Assembly: GCA_050251055.1 (NCBI GenBank) | Contig: JBFWNL010000002.1 | Location: 351,961 to 415,960 of the forward strand | Source: Bacteriovoracia bacterium | Lineage (GTDB): Bacteria; Bdellovibrionota; UBA1018; JBFWNL01 | Length of the DNA: 64,000 nt | Reading direction: 5' to 3' | Shown: positions 1 through 8,813 of the stretch, one piece after another | How positions within the stretch are numbered: the stretch's first letter is position 1 | Layout of the letters: each line of letters opens with the position of its first letter | Program-made: the position numbers and the translations under genes | The notes under the pieces: generated by a model | The model's database searches: none | What the model was told of the DNA's origin: nothing | Seen by the model: the letters and a program-made list of their open reading frames with translations, nothing else

Positions 1-698
1 AAGGGACGAGCGGCCGCCTCCACGCTCTGCTGGCTTTGTTCTATCGTAATGTTCTGGGCCTGAGCGGCTTCCCTTCCGATGGGCAGGTCCCGCACCTGGG
101 CTTCCAGTAAACGTAACGTGCGCAATTGTTCGGGATCGACCGAGTAAATATAAGCGGGGATGGCTACACCCGAGCGAAGCGTAACGGGGGTCGAGCGGCC
201 AACACAAGTCCGCGCGGGTATCTGCGGAAGCAGGTCGAGGTTCACGGTGCGTTCGAGATACGCGCGCGCCACCGCCGCCTTGGTTGGGTCAGCGTCCACG
301 ATGTCTCTCATCATCTTTTCAAAGTCGGCCTGGGTCACGGGCGCCCGGCGCATCTCTTCGAGCATCGAGGCTAACGCCGGAAAATCGAGATAGATGGGCT
401 GCGAATCGGCTGGCCAGGATGGCGCCGCCATTCGCGCGCGCAGTCCTGCGATGAACTCTCGCAGCACGCGTTCGCGCAATTCCCGCGTCAGCTCCGTGAC
501 CAAACAACCGCTGCGCGCACTCCCCGCCCGGGAGGGTTCTCCCCAAACTTCCGGTACGGCCACGGCCGACGCGGCGGTAAGCAGGATGAAAATAGATCCC
601 CAAAGTTTCACGCCTTTCGTATCGGCATCGGGAGGGACTTTCAGAAATCTGGCGAAAGTCTGGAGCCGGCCTGTCCCCGACTTTTGTACTTTTTTCAT
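1..698 (-). CDS. Hypothetical secreted protein, partial: start at 698, continues past the window start
   Basis: Open-ended minus-strand ORF read manually (MKKVQKSGTGRLQTFARFLKVPPDADTKGVKLWGSIFILLTAASAVA...). N-terminal signal-peptide-like hydrophobic stretch. Not in the ORF track because there is no stop inside the window. Confidence 0.45.
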   Translation of the reverse strand, partial: MKKVQKSGTGRLQTFARFLKVPPDADTKGVKLWGSIFILLTAASAVAVPEVWGEPSRAGSARSGCLVTELTRELRERVLREFIAGLRARMAAPSWPADSQPIYLDFPALASMLEEMRRAPVTQADFEKMMRDIVDADPTKAAVARAYLERTVNLDLLPQIPARTCVGRSTPVTLRSGVAIPAYIYSVDPEQLRTLRLLEAQVRDLPIGREAAQAQNITIEQSQQSVEAAARP

Positions 699-972
699 GA
701 TTTATCTGACTGAAACACTAAATTATTATTCTTCGGTCATGTTTTTTTCTGCTTTAACTATTTGTATTTATTATATAAAAAATTTTGACACATATGGTCA
801 TTGACAGGCTATATCGTCCATGCGAAAAGTAAGCTCGCATTTAGTACATCATAGCGATTTAGCCCGGAGAGTCCCGCTTTGAGCTGAATCGGTGATGGCG
901 AAGAACAGCAGATGTTAAACCTAAAAACCCCGACCCGAAATGGTTGGTAACGAAGATGGGGAAAAAGTTCGT

Positions 973-1821
973 ATGAAGAAAGTCAGCAGCAGCATCATCG
1001 CAGTAGCCGTGGCAATGCAATGGGTGGCGGGAGCCGCATTTGCCGCCGAGACCTCTACTGCAACCAAGAGCTCGATCTGGTCCAAGTTTTCCGGCGGTTA
1101 CTCCGGCGCCTTCTACGGCCCGTCGCTCGGTAACTTCAGCAGCCCCTATCAGCCGGACGCCGAAGGCAACAGCAACGAAAAGACCGGTAAGCTCCTGCTC
1201 GAAAACTCGGTCTCCATCAATTATCAAATCGACTCGAAGGTCAAAGTTTACGTCAACCCCCGCTTCAATTTTTTCCCGGTAAAGGGCGGCGATTTCGTGA
1301 TCAAGAATACCCGCATGGGTATCAAGATGGCGAACGCGATCGAGCGCGGCAACTTCAAGCTTTCCTCGATCAACTTCACGCTCGAAGTCCCGACCTCCAA
1401 GCTTTCCCTGGATAAGGGCTTGATCGTGGCTCCGGGCTCCTTCTCGATCGTCACTTACAAGCTTGGCGAGAACAGCCGCTGGACGCTCGGCAGCTACAAC
1501 GATTTCCGCTTCTACTTCTGGAGCGCGGCACCGGACTCCGAATACCTGGGCAACACCCGCTCGTTCGCGGGCCTGCTCTCCCCGTTCCTGTCCTACTCCG
1601 TGTCGGATCAGTTCGGCGTGGAATTCCGCATGGCGGCTTCCACCCAATACAATCGCGGCGAAGGCTTCTCGGAGCTCGACCCCAAGAACCTCGCGCTCGC
1701 GCTCAACATCGACGTGATCCCAAAGTGGACGCTCGTGCCGACCCTGACCGTGTTCCCGTGGAACACCGTCACCTGGGATTCCATGCAAGTGGGTCTCGAA
1801 ATCTACGGCAGCTTGTTCTAA
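973..1821 (+). CDS. Outer-membrane beta-barrel protein with signal peptide
   Basis: MKKVSSSIIAVAVAMQWVAGAAFAAE signal peptide. Alternating amphipathic beta-strand pattern and C-terminal ...GSLF aromatic terminus. Strong intrinsic terminator follows. Confidence 0.7.
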   Translation: MKKVSSSIIAVAVAMQWVAGAAFAAETSTATKSSIWSKFSGGYSGAFYGPSLGNFSSPYQPDAEGNSNEKTGKLLLENSVSINYQIDSKVKVYVNPRFNFFPVKGGDFVIKNTRMGIKMANAIERGNFKLSSINFTLEVPTSKLSLDKGLIVAPGSFSIVTYKLGENSRWTLGSYNDFRFYFWSAAPDSEYLGNTRSFAGLLSPFLSYSVSDQFGVEFRMAASTQYNRGEGFSELDPKNLALALNIDVIPKWTLVPTLTVFPWNTVTWDSMQVGLEIYGSLF

Positions 1822-1847
1822 TCACGTAAAACGCTTTGTTTCCAAAA

Positions 1848-1883
1848 CGCCCAAGCCCAAAAGCTTGGGCGTTTTTGTTTTTT
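1848..1883 (+). terminator. Rho-independent terminator
   Basis: Stem cgcccaagc/gcttgggcg with 6-nt loop ccaaaa, followed by tttttgtttttt. Confidence 0.8.
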
Positions 1884-1992
1884 GGCTACTCAGCCCCAAG
1901 ATGCGGGCGCCCAGTGGGCATTTTTTTCCGCGCGGCCGCACCGAAATTCGTTTAGCCAAATTTATATTTAGGATGACCCGCGTCCCCCTGCT

Positions 1993-1998
1993 TATAAT
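1993..1998 (+). promoter_or_regulatory. Candidate -10 box TATAAT 6 nt upstream of the 2005 ATG (possible leaderless transcript)
   Basis: Exact TATAAT, with TG 2 nt upstream. No Shine-Dalgarno between the box and the ATG. No convincing -35. Confidence 0.3.
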
Positions 1999-2004
1999 GG
2001 GAAT

Positions 2005-2883
2005 ATGCAGAAGTGGTGGGTTAAGACCGCCGACGGCAAGGACCTCGGCCCCCTGACACTTGAAGAAATCCAATCGCGACTGGTCGGCGGCGAAATCAGC
2101 AAGGACGATCTACTTTCGCAGGTCCCCGGACAGGGGGGCGTCCGCGTCCAAGAGTTCCTCTTGAGCACGATCAATCCCACGCCTTCCTCCGCTCCCTTGG
2201 TGGAGCCGGAGTTCAAAAAGCTTTCGACCGATTCACTGGTGCAGCTTTTCGACACCTTACAAAAAGCTTCCCACGCCGAACGGCACTCCCGTCACCTGCC
2301 GCCGGCGAGCACCCTGAAGGATCCCGAAACGGTGGAGCCCAAAGTTCGGGTTTTCAATTTGAAGATCGCGACCTACACCGCGATCGTGGTTTTCGCGGGC
2401 TTCAGTGTCTGGGGCCTAGGCAAGATGTTGAGCATGATGAGGGGCAGCCCTACCTCCCCCACGGCGCAGGTCGAAGCGGATCACGGGACGACCGAGACGA
2501 GTAAACCCGCAGTCATCCACACGCCTCCACCGAGCAAACCAAAAGTCGTGGGCTTTCCCCATGCTTCTCCGCCCTCAGCCTTCCGACCTTTGCCCACCGC
2601 GCGTCCTCCCCGGATCAACCGCCCCTCCGGGGCCACAACGCCAAGTCCGGTGGAGAAACCCGCGGATAACCCGTTGGACCCCTTCCCAGAATCACATGAC
2701 GACCCGCCACCGGAAGAACCGATGCATAATGATGCACCGAGTGATACTGGGGGCGAAGACCTCCAACCCATGGACACCGATCCGATCGGAACCCCTCCCG
2801 GAGCCACGGATTCTCCCCACTTGGGCACGCCCCCGGTGCCACCGCCGAATCCTAACGTAGACGATCAACAACCCATTGACTGA
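2005..2883 (+). CDS. Membrane protein with N-terminal GYF-like/DUF4339 domain and a long proline-rich C-terminal tail
   Basis: WWVKTADGKDLGPLTLEEIQSRLVGGEISKDDLL matches the DUF4339/GYF-like pattern. One transmembrane helix (IATYTAIVVFAGFSVWGLG). C-terminal ~150 aa is P/S/T-rich low complexity. Confidence 0.55.
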   Translation: MQKWWVKTADGKDLGPLTLEEIQSRLVGGEISKDDLLSQVPGQGGVRVQEFLLSTINPTPSSAPLVEPEFKKLSTDSLVQLFDTLQKASHAERHSRHLPPASTLKDPETVEPKVRVFNLKIATYTAIVVFAGFSVWGLGKMLSMMRGSPTSPTAQVEADHGTTETSKPAVIHTPPPSKPKVVGFPHASPPSAFRPLPTARPPRINRPSGATTPSPVEKPADNPLDPFPESHDDPPPEEPMHNDAPSDTGGEDLQPMDTDPIGTPPGATDSPHLGTPPVPPPNPNVDDQQPID

Positions 2884-2911
2884 GGCCCCCGCCACGGCAT
2901 AACCCTAAGGA

Positions 2912-3586
2912 GTGGCTGGATTATTTATTACTTTCGAGGGCACCGAAGGCGCCGGTAAATCAACCCTCATTCGGCGATTCGCCGATATCCTAGAGCAAAA
3001 ACAGCATCGGGTGACCATTACCCGGGAGCCGGGTGGCATTACCCTGGCCGAGGAGATTCGCAAAGTCATCCTCAACAACCAGATGGCGCCCCGGACCGAG
3101 CTCTTTCTCTATGAAGCCGCCCGCAGCGAGCACCTGGATAAGGTCGTGGTGCCCGCCCTAGAACGTGGCGATGTGGTGCTTTGCGATCGCTTCACTGATT
3201 CCTCCCTCGCCTATCAAAGTCACGCGCGCGGTTTACCTTGGCAAGACGTGAAGCAGGCCAACCGACTCGCCACGGGGGGAACCCAACCGCAGCTCACAGT
3301 GCTGCTCGACATCGATCCCGAAACGGGGCTGCGCCGGGCCGTTGAGCAAACCCGTTTCGAGGCGGAAGGCGTCGTGTTTCAAACGAAGGTGCGCCAGGGC
3401 TTCCTGAAATCCCGCTCCGAGAATCCGAAACGCTGGCTGGTGCTTAAGGTGGAGGGACGTACACCGGACGAGCTTGCCGACCAGGTTTGGCGCGCCGTCG
3501 AAAAACGATTTTTCTCCGCGAAGGCAAAGACGAAACGAATCAAAAAAATGCGAAAGACCCATGGCCAGAAAAAAAACCGCCGCTAA
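2912..3586 (+). CDS. tmk: Thymidylate kinase
   Basis: FITFEGTEGAGKST P-loop and the DRF lid motif. tmk-holB gene order is conserved. Confidence 0.9.
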   Translation: MAGLFITFEGTEGAGKSTLIRRFADILEQKQHRVTITREPGGITLAEEIRKVILNNQMAPRTELFLYEAARSEHLDKVVVPALERGDVVLCDRFTDSSLAYQSHARGLPWQDVKQANRLATGGTQPQLTVLLDIDPETGLRRAVEQTRFEAEGVVFQTKVRQGFLKSRSENPKRWLVLKVEGRTPDELADQVWRAVEKRFFSAKAKTKRIKKMRKTHGQKKNRR

Positions 3587-4736
3587 GACCGTCGCCGAAG
3601 CCGGACTCTTACCGGTACCAGAGCCGATCTGGACTCATCACGCCGAGATCATCGAACCCCTCATGAAGCAGTGGCAGACCCAGAAACGCGCGGCCCCGGT
3701 GATCTTGCTGACCGGTCCCCGGGGCATCGGCAAGCGCCAAATCGTACACGGGCTGGCGCAGTGGTTGCTTTGCGATCGCGCGGGATTCCTGAACGCAGGA
3801 GAAAGCGCGAATGGCGAGGAAGGCCCCGGCCTCTTCGGTGACGCGCTCTTCGCGCCGCCGCCTAGCGCGACTTCCTCCGAACCCAGCCTAAAAGCGTGTG
3901 GCGAGTGCGCAAACTGCAAGCGCGCCCTGGATGGGCAATGGTTGGACTTCACCGAAATCGGCCCCGAAGCCACGACCGAGGGCGCGGCCGGTTCGATCAA
4001 GCTCGATCAATTCGACGATCTGAAACGCTCACAGGGATTCGGCGCTTCCCGGGGAGCCTTCAAAATCACCTTCATTCGCGACGCCGAAGCCATGACCGCC
4101 AGCGCCGCGAACTCCCTGCTGAAGCTGCTGGAGGAACCGCCCCCGGGTTGGATCTTTTTTCTCACGGCGAACGACGCCCAGCTGCTCCTCCCCACCCTGG
4201 TCTCCCGCTGCCAGCGCGTGCGGCTCACGCCGCTACCAAAATTCGCGCTCACGCAGTTACTTCAAACGCAAGGCGTGGACGCCTCCCGCGTCCCGATCTG
4301 CGCGAACCTCGCGCATGGCAGCCTGAGCAAGGCGCTCGCCCTGGCCGAAGACACCGTGTGGGAAAAACGAACGACGCTCTTTCGCTTTCTTGACGATCCT
4401 GGCTCCCAAACCGCCGAGCTGGTGGACTGGGGCGCCGAAAGCGCGGCGAACCTCGCCCTGCTACTCGACCAGTGGGAAGGCGTAGTGAATGATCTGGTCC
4501 AATGGAGCGTGCACACCCAGGCGGGGCAACCCTACGCCTGGATTAACGTCGACGGGCAACGCTCGCTCACCCAATGTGTGACCCGAACGGGCGCGACCAA
4601 CCCCGCCGCTTTTCGCGACTTCTGGCTCGCGCGCGCGCGCGCGGTCGCCCAAACCCGCATGAAAATGCACGCCCCGCTGAACCGCAAGATCCTGGTGCAA
4701 GACCTGCTGCTGCCCCACCTAGGCCCCCGAGGATAG
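3561..4736 (+). CDS. holB: DNA polymerase III delta-prime subunit
   Basis: LLTGPRGIGKRQ Walker-A-like motif. CGECANCKR zinc-module cysteines. Sits immediately after tmk. Start chosen at MARKKTAAK (3561), overlapping the tmk end by 26 nt. Confidence 0.75.
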   Translation: MARKKTAAKTVAEAGLLPVPEPIWTHHAEIIEPLMKQWQTQKRAAPVILLTGPRGIGKRQIVHGLAQWLLCDRAGFLNAGESANGEEGPGLFGDALFAPPPSATSSEPSLKACGECANCKRALDGQWLDFTEIGPEATTEGAAGSIKLDQFDDLKRSQGFGASRGAFKITFIRDAEAMTASAANSLLKLLEEPPPGWIFFLTANDAQLLLPTLVSRCQRVRLTPLPKFALTQLLQTQGVDASRVPICANLAHGSLSKALALAEDTVWEKRTTLFRFLDDPGSQTAELVDWGAESAANLALLLDQWEGVVNDLVQWSVHTQAGQPYAWINVDGQRSLTQCVTRTGATNPAAFRDFWLARARAVAQTRMKMHAPLNRKILVQDLLLPHLGPRG

Positions 4737-4746
4737 TCGACGCGAG

Positions 4747-5496
4747 ATGCCCCACGAAATGCTTAGTGTCCAGGGAGTCGGCAAATGTTTTCAGGAGCGT
4801 TGGATCTTCCGAAACGTGGACCTCCATATCCGCGACGGCGAATCGGTGGCGCTGATCGGTCCCTCGGGAGGAGGCAAGAGCGTCCTGCTCAAGACGATCG
4901 CGGGCCTGTTGACGCCGGACGAAGGGCGGATTGAGATTGGCACCGAGAACGTAGGAATGCTCTTCCAGAAAAACGCCCTTTTTGACTCGATGACGGTGGA
5001 GGAAAACCTTCTGTTCCCGCTGAAAGAACGCCTAGGCATCGTGGGCGAAGAGGCGCGGCGGCGCGCAGCCGATTTTCTAGATCGGGTGAATCTGAGCGGC
5101 AACGAAAGCCTTTATCCCGACGAAATCTCCGGTGGCATGCAGAAGCGCCTGGGCATTGCCCGCGCGCTGATCGTCGAGCCCAAGCTCATTCTCTATGACG
5201 AGCCCACGGCAGGGTTGGACCCGGTCACCTCCCGCGTCATCGCCGAGATGATCCAACACCTCCGCGAGCGCGTGGGTAGCACGCTGCTTACGGTCACGAA
5301 CGACGTGCAGCGGGCCTATCAGCTAGGCGATCGCATCTGCATGCTGGCGTTAGGAGAGCTAAAGGACGGTGGCACCGCCGCCGAGGTAAAACGTTCGCGG
5401 GATCCGGTGATCCGCCAGTTCGTCCACGGACTCAAGCAGGGTCCGCTTTCCCCGGACGCTCGCTTACCCGCGGAAAACGACGGAGCGGAAGCATGA
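4747..5496 (+). CDS. ABC transporter ATP-binding protein, MlaF-like (copy 1)
   Basis: Walker A GPSGGGKS, signature ISGGMQKRLGIARAL, Walker B LILYDEPTAGLD. Confidence 0.85.
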   Translation: MPHEMLSVQGVGKCFQERWIFRNVDLHIRDGESVALIGPSGGGKSVLLKTIAGLLTPDEGRIEIGTENVGMLFQKNALFDSMTVEENLLFPLKERLGIVGEEARRRAADFLDRVNLSGNESLYPDEISGGMQKRLGIARALIVEPKLILYDEPTAGLDPVTSRVIAEMIQHLRERVGSTLLTVTNDVQRAYQLGDRICMLALGELKDGGTAAEVKRSRDPVIRQFVHGLKQGPLSPDARLPAENDGAEA

Positions 5497-6296
5497 GCAT
5501 CCGCTTTGAAGGTGTCAGCAAGAGCTTCGGACCCAAGCACGTCTTAAAAGACGTCAGCTTCGAAGTCGCCAAGGGTGAAATTCTCTTCATTCTGGGTAAG
5601 AGCGGGGTGGGCAAGTCGGTCACCCTTAAGCACATCATTGGCATGCTCAAACCGGACCGTGGCTCGGTGTGGGTCGACGGGGAGAACGTCACCGCGCTAG
5701 ATTACGCCGGCCTCACGGAAATACGTCGCAAATGCGGGATGGTGTTTCAGCATCCGGCGCTGCTGGACTCCCTAACCGTCTACCAAAACGTTTCCTTTGG
5801 CTTGCGCACGCCCCAGTATCGGATGACCTTGGATCGGCCCCAAACCGAGGCGGAAATACGCGCCATCGTGCTCGAGAAGCTGGGACTAGTGAACCTGGGC
5901 GCCGATATCCTGGACTTTTACCCGCCGGAAATTTCCTACGGCATGCAGAAGCGCGTATCGCTCGCCCGCACGCTCGCCCCCGGTCCCGACTTCCTCCTCT
6001 TCGACGAACCCACCACGGGCCTGGATCCGATCAGCACGAACTCCGTAAACGAGCTGATCTTGGATCTATCGCGCAAACTGCAGGTCACCAGCGTGGTGGT
6101 GTCGCACGACATGGGCTGCGCGCTAAAGATCGCCGATCGCATCCTCGTGCTCGACCAAGGGAAGATCCTCGCGGTCGGTACGGTGCCGGAGATCAAAGCC
6201 TCAAAAGAGCCACTGATTCAAGACTTCCTGTCCGAGATCCTCGAGATCATCAATGCCCAGGGCTCGCCCGAACCCGGGGGCGCAAGGAAAAGATGA
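5493..6296 (+). CDS. ABC transporter ATP-binding protein, MlaF-like (copy 2)
   Basis: Walker A GKSGVGKS, signature ISYGMQKRVSLARTL, Walker B LLLFDEPTTGLD. 4-nt overlap with the upstream gene. Confidence 0.85.
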   Translation: MSIRFEGVSKSFGPKHVLKDVSFEVAKGEILFILGKSGVGKSVTLKHIIGMLKPDRGSVWVDGENVTALDYAGLTEIRRKCGMVFQHPALLDSLTVYQNVSFGLRTPQYRMTLDRPQTEAEIRAIVLEKLGLVNLGADILDFYPPEISYGMQKRVSLARTLAPGPDFLLFDEPTTGLDPISTNSVNELILDLSRKLQVTSVVVSHDMGCALKIADRILVLDQGKILAVGTVPEIKASKEPLIQDFLSEILEIINAQGSPEPGGARKR

Positions 6297-7105
6297 CGAC
6301 GGTGATCCAGGCCCTGTTCAATCCGTTCGTGGACTTCATCCGTGAGCTCGGCGCGCTCGCCACCTTCGCGGCGAAGACCCTGCGTACGGCGTTCACGACC
6401 CGAGGAAATCTGCCGGCGGTCCTGGATCAGATCGCCTCGGTATCGTTCCGCTCGCTCTCGACGGTCGCCTTCGCGGGCGTTTTCGTGGGCGCGATCCTCG
6501 TGCTTCAGTACAACGTGATGCTTATCGAGTACGACGCGCAGGCATTCCTGGGCGGACTCAACACGTCATCGATCGTGCGCGAAATAGGGCCGCTCATCAT
6601 TTCCTTCTTGCTCGCCGGAAAAGTCGGGGCCTACACGGCCGCCGAGCTGGGCACCATGCGCGTGACCGAACAAATCGACGCCATCGAATGCCTGGGCACC
6701 AACCCACTACAGTTCCTGGTCGTCCCCCGTTACATCGCCATCCTGGTGTCGAGCGTGATCCTGCTCGCCATCGGCACCATGATCAGCATCCTGGGATCGA
6801 TGGTGATTGCCGACGTGTTCTGCGGAATCAACACCCTGCAGTTCGCCCGCAGCGTGCCCCAGTTCACGTCGGGCTGGACGCTTTTTTCGGGTTTTTTCAA
6901 GTCGGCCGTCTACGGAACGATCGTCGCGACCGTCTCCTGCTACCGTGGCTACACCGCTACCGGCGGCGCCAAGGGCGTGGGTAAAGCGGTGACGCTTTCG
7001 GCCGTTTACATCAACTTCCTCATCGTCTTATCCAATTATGTGGCCAATAGCTTCCTGGAGATGGTAGCCGAGATCGGGCACGGGCTTTTCGGAGGGCTGG
7101 GCTGA
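6293..7105 (+). CDS. ABC transporter permease, MlaE family (copy 1)
   Basis: Polytopic membrane protein with the MlaE-type conserved motif TEQIDAIECLG. Start set at MTTVIQ (6293, ATGA overlap) rather than the extended track ORF 5669. Confidence 0.8.
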   Translation: MTTVIQALFNPFVDFIRELGALATFAAKTLRTAFTTRGNLPAVLDQIASVSFRSLSTVAFAGVFVGAILVLQYNVMLIEYDAQAFLGGLNTSSIVREIGPLIISFLLAGKVGAYTAAELGTMRVTEQIDAIECLGTNPLQFLVVPRYIAILVSSVILLAIGTMISILGSMVIADVFCGINTLQFARSVPQFTSGWTLFSGFFKSAVYGTIVATVSCYRGYTATGGAKGVGKAVTLSAVYINFLIVLSNYVANSFLEMVAEIGHGLFGGLG

Positions 7106-7938
7106 TGTCGAGAGCTTCCGCGCAGTCCACCTCTACTTCAGCGTATTTAGAAAGATCCGCGCGTTTTTTTCATGCCGTGGGTGCCCCCGTACTGGAGAAT
7201 TTGGAACTCGCCCGTGAACTCGCCCGTCTCCAGGTGGGCGTGCTGCGCATTTTCTTCGGATTCCGCTGGCGGTGGAAGGAAATCATCCAGGCCATGCAGA
7301 ATATCGGCGTCGGCAGCCTCTGGATCGTCACCATCGCCACCGCCTTCGCGGGTCTCGTCGTTACCAACGAGATCGCCTGGCATCTCAACCAAGCCCTCAA
7401 CACGATCGCGATGATGCCAGGATTCACGGGCCAATTCATCATGCGCGAGCTGGCGATCGCCATTCCGGCATTCTTGGTGATCTCTAAAGTGGGAGCCTCG
7501 ATCACCGCCGAAGTAGGCAGCATGAAAGTCACCGAACAGATCGACGCCTTGAAACTCCTGCGTATCGATCCCATCGCCTACCTGGTCTTTCCGCGGTGGC
7601 TCGCCTGCTCCATCTCCCTGGCCTGCCTGACCCTCATCGCGGTCGCCGTGACCCAGTTCTTCGCCATCGTGATGGCGGTGTCCAAGTACGGCTTTAACAC
7701 GTTGGAGTACCTGAATAACTTCCGGCATTTCGTGAAGCTCATCGATCTCGGCGGATGCGTGGTGAAAAGCTTGATTTACGGGGCGGTCATCCCCCTCATT
7801 TCCTGCGCCTACGGTTTCCGATGCAAAGGTGGCGCCCAAGGCGTTGGGAACGCCACCACTAACTCGGTCGTGACGTCCACGATCACGGTCATCGTGCTCG
7901 ACTTTTTCCTGACGTATCTGTTTACGAAGCTATTGTAG
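7105..7938 (+). CDS. ABC transporter permease, MlaE family (copy 2)
   Basis: Second paralog with TEQIDALKLLRIDP motif and the same topology. Overlaps the previous stop by 1 nt. Confidence 0.8.
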   Translation: MSRASAQSTSTSAYLERSARFFHAVGAPVLENLELARELARLQVGVLRIFFGFRWRWKEIIQAMQNIGVGSLWIVTIATAFAGLVVTNEIAWHLNQALNTIAMMPGFTGQFIMRELAIAIPAFLVISKVGASITAEVGSMKVTEQIDALKLLRIDPIAYLVFPRWLACSISLACLTLIAVAVTQFFAIVMAVSKYGFNTLEYLNNFRHFVKLIDLGGCVVKSLIYGAVIPLISCAYGFRCKGGAQGVGNATTNSVVTSTITVIVLDFFLTYLFTKLL

Positions 7939-7962
7939 GTAAAGTATTATGATGAGGCCCCT

Positions 7963-8799
7963 ATGAACCCGACTAAATTGACCAGCGAAGCTAAGGTAGG
8001 AATGCTCGTTTTTGGCGCGGCCGCCTTGGCCGTGCTCTTCGCGTGGATCATCGGGCTCAGCAACCCCTTCAAAAAATCCTTTCAGTTCTACGTGACGTAC
8101 CGCTTCGCCGGCGGCATCGAGGTAGGCTCGCCCGTGCGCCTGTCCGGCATTAAAGTGGGCCGCGTGGAAGAGATCGACTTTTTCACCCCGGCGACCGGCG
8201 CCGCAGTTTCCCAGACGGAACCGGGTAGCGACCCCGGTGGCGCGGGTGAGCAAGTGACCCCCGTGCGGTTGCGGATCTCCATGCTGGAGAAGGCCGCCGT
8301 CGGCGTGCGCAAGGACAGCCGCTTCTACATCAACATGGCGGGGATCATCGGCGAGCGTTACCTGGAAATTACGCCCGGTACCTCGGGTGCCGGGCGCGTG
8401 GAGGCGGGCGACGTGGTGGTGGGCGTGGATCCCCCCCGCATCGATCAGCTGATTTCCCAAAGTTTCGACCTGGCCGGGCGGCTGACCGATCTCGTGGAAA
8501 AGAACAAGGGCGACATCACCCGCTCCATCGACCTGCTCTACAAACTTAGCGTGAACATCAACAACACCGTGACCGCCATCGACAAAAGTCACGTGTTCAA
8601 GTCCGATCTAGGCCAGCTCGTAAATAACCTGATCACGCTCACCGGTGACGTCGGTAAGCTCACCAAGAAGTTCAACAGCCCCGAGCTCGACAAGACCTTG
8701 GACCTCATGCACCAGCTGCTCTGGCGGCTGGAGCCTCTGGACGCGAAGACCATGCGCAAGTTCCTTCAAGAAGAAGGCATTCGTACCAAGATCTTCTAG
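7963..8799 (+). CDS. MCE-domain protein, MlaD-like periplasmic substrate-binding component
   Basis: N-terminal transmembrane anchor followed by an MCE fold pattern (GIEVGSPVRLSGIKVGRVEEIDF). Confidence 0.8.
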   Translation: MNPTKLTSEAKVGMLVFGAAALAVLFAWIIGLSNPFKKSFQFYVTYRFAGGIEVGSPVRLSGIKVGRVEEIDFFTPATGAAVSQTEPGSDPGGAGEQVTPVRLRISMLEKAAVGVRKDSRFYINMAGIIGERYLEITPGTSGAGRVEAGDVVVGVDPPRIDQLISQSFDLAGRLTDLVEKNKGDITRSIDLLYKLSVNINNTVTAIDKSHVFKSDLGQLVNNLITLTGDVGKLTKKFNSPELDKTLDLMHQLLWRLEPLDAKTMRKFLQEEGIRTKIF

Positions 8800-8813
8800 A
8801 AATACCCCGCTCC

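Noticed and set aside
5669-6292. Upstream extension of the mlaE track ORF (478 aa)
   Set aside because: Overlaps the second mlaF in another frame and is Arg-rich nonsense. MTTVIQ with ATGA coupling is the real start.
7147-7839. 230-aa minus-strand ORF inside the second mlaE
   Set aside because: Antisense shadow of a well-supported permease gene. His/Asp/Gly-rich nonsense composition.
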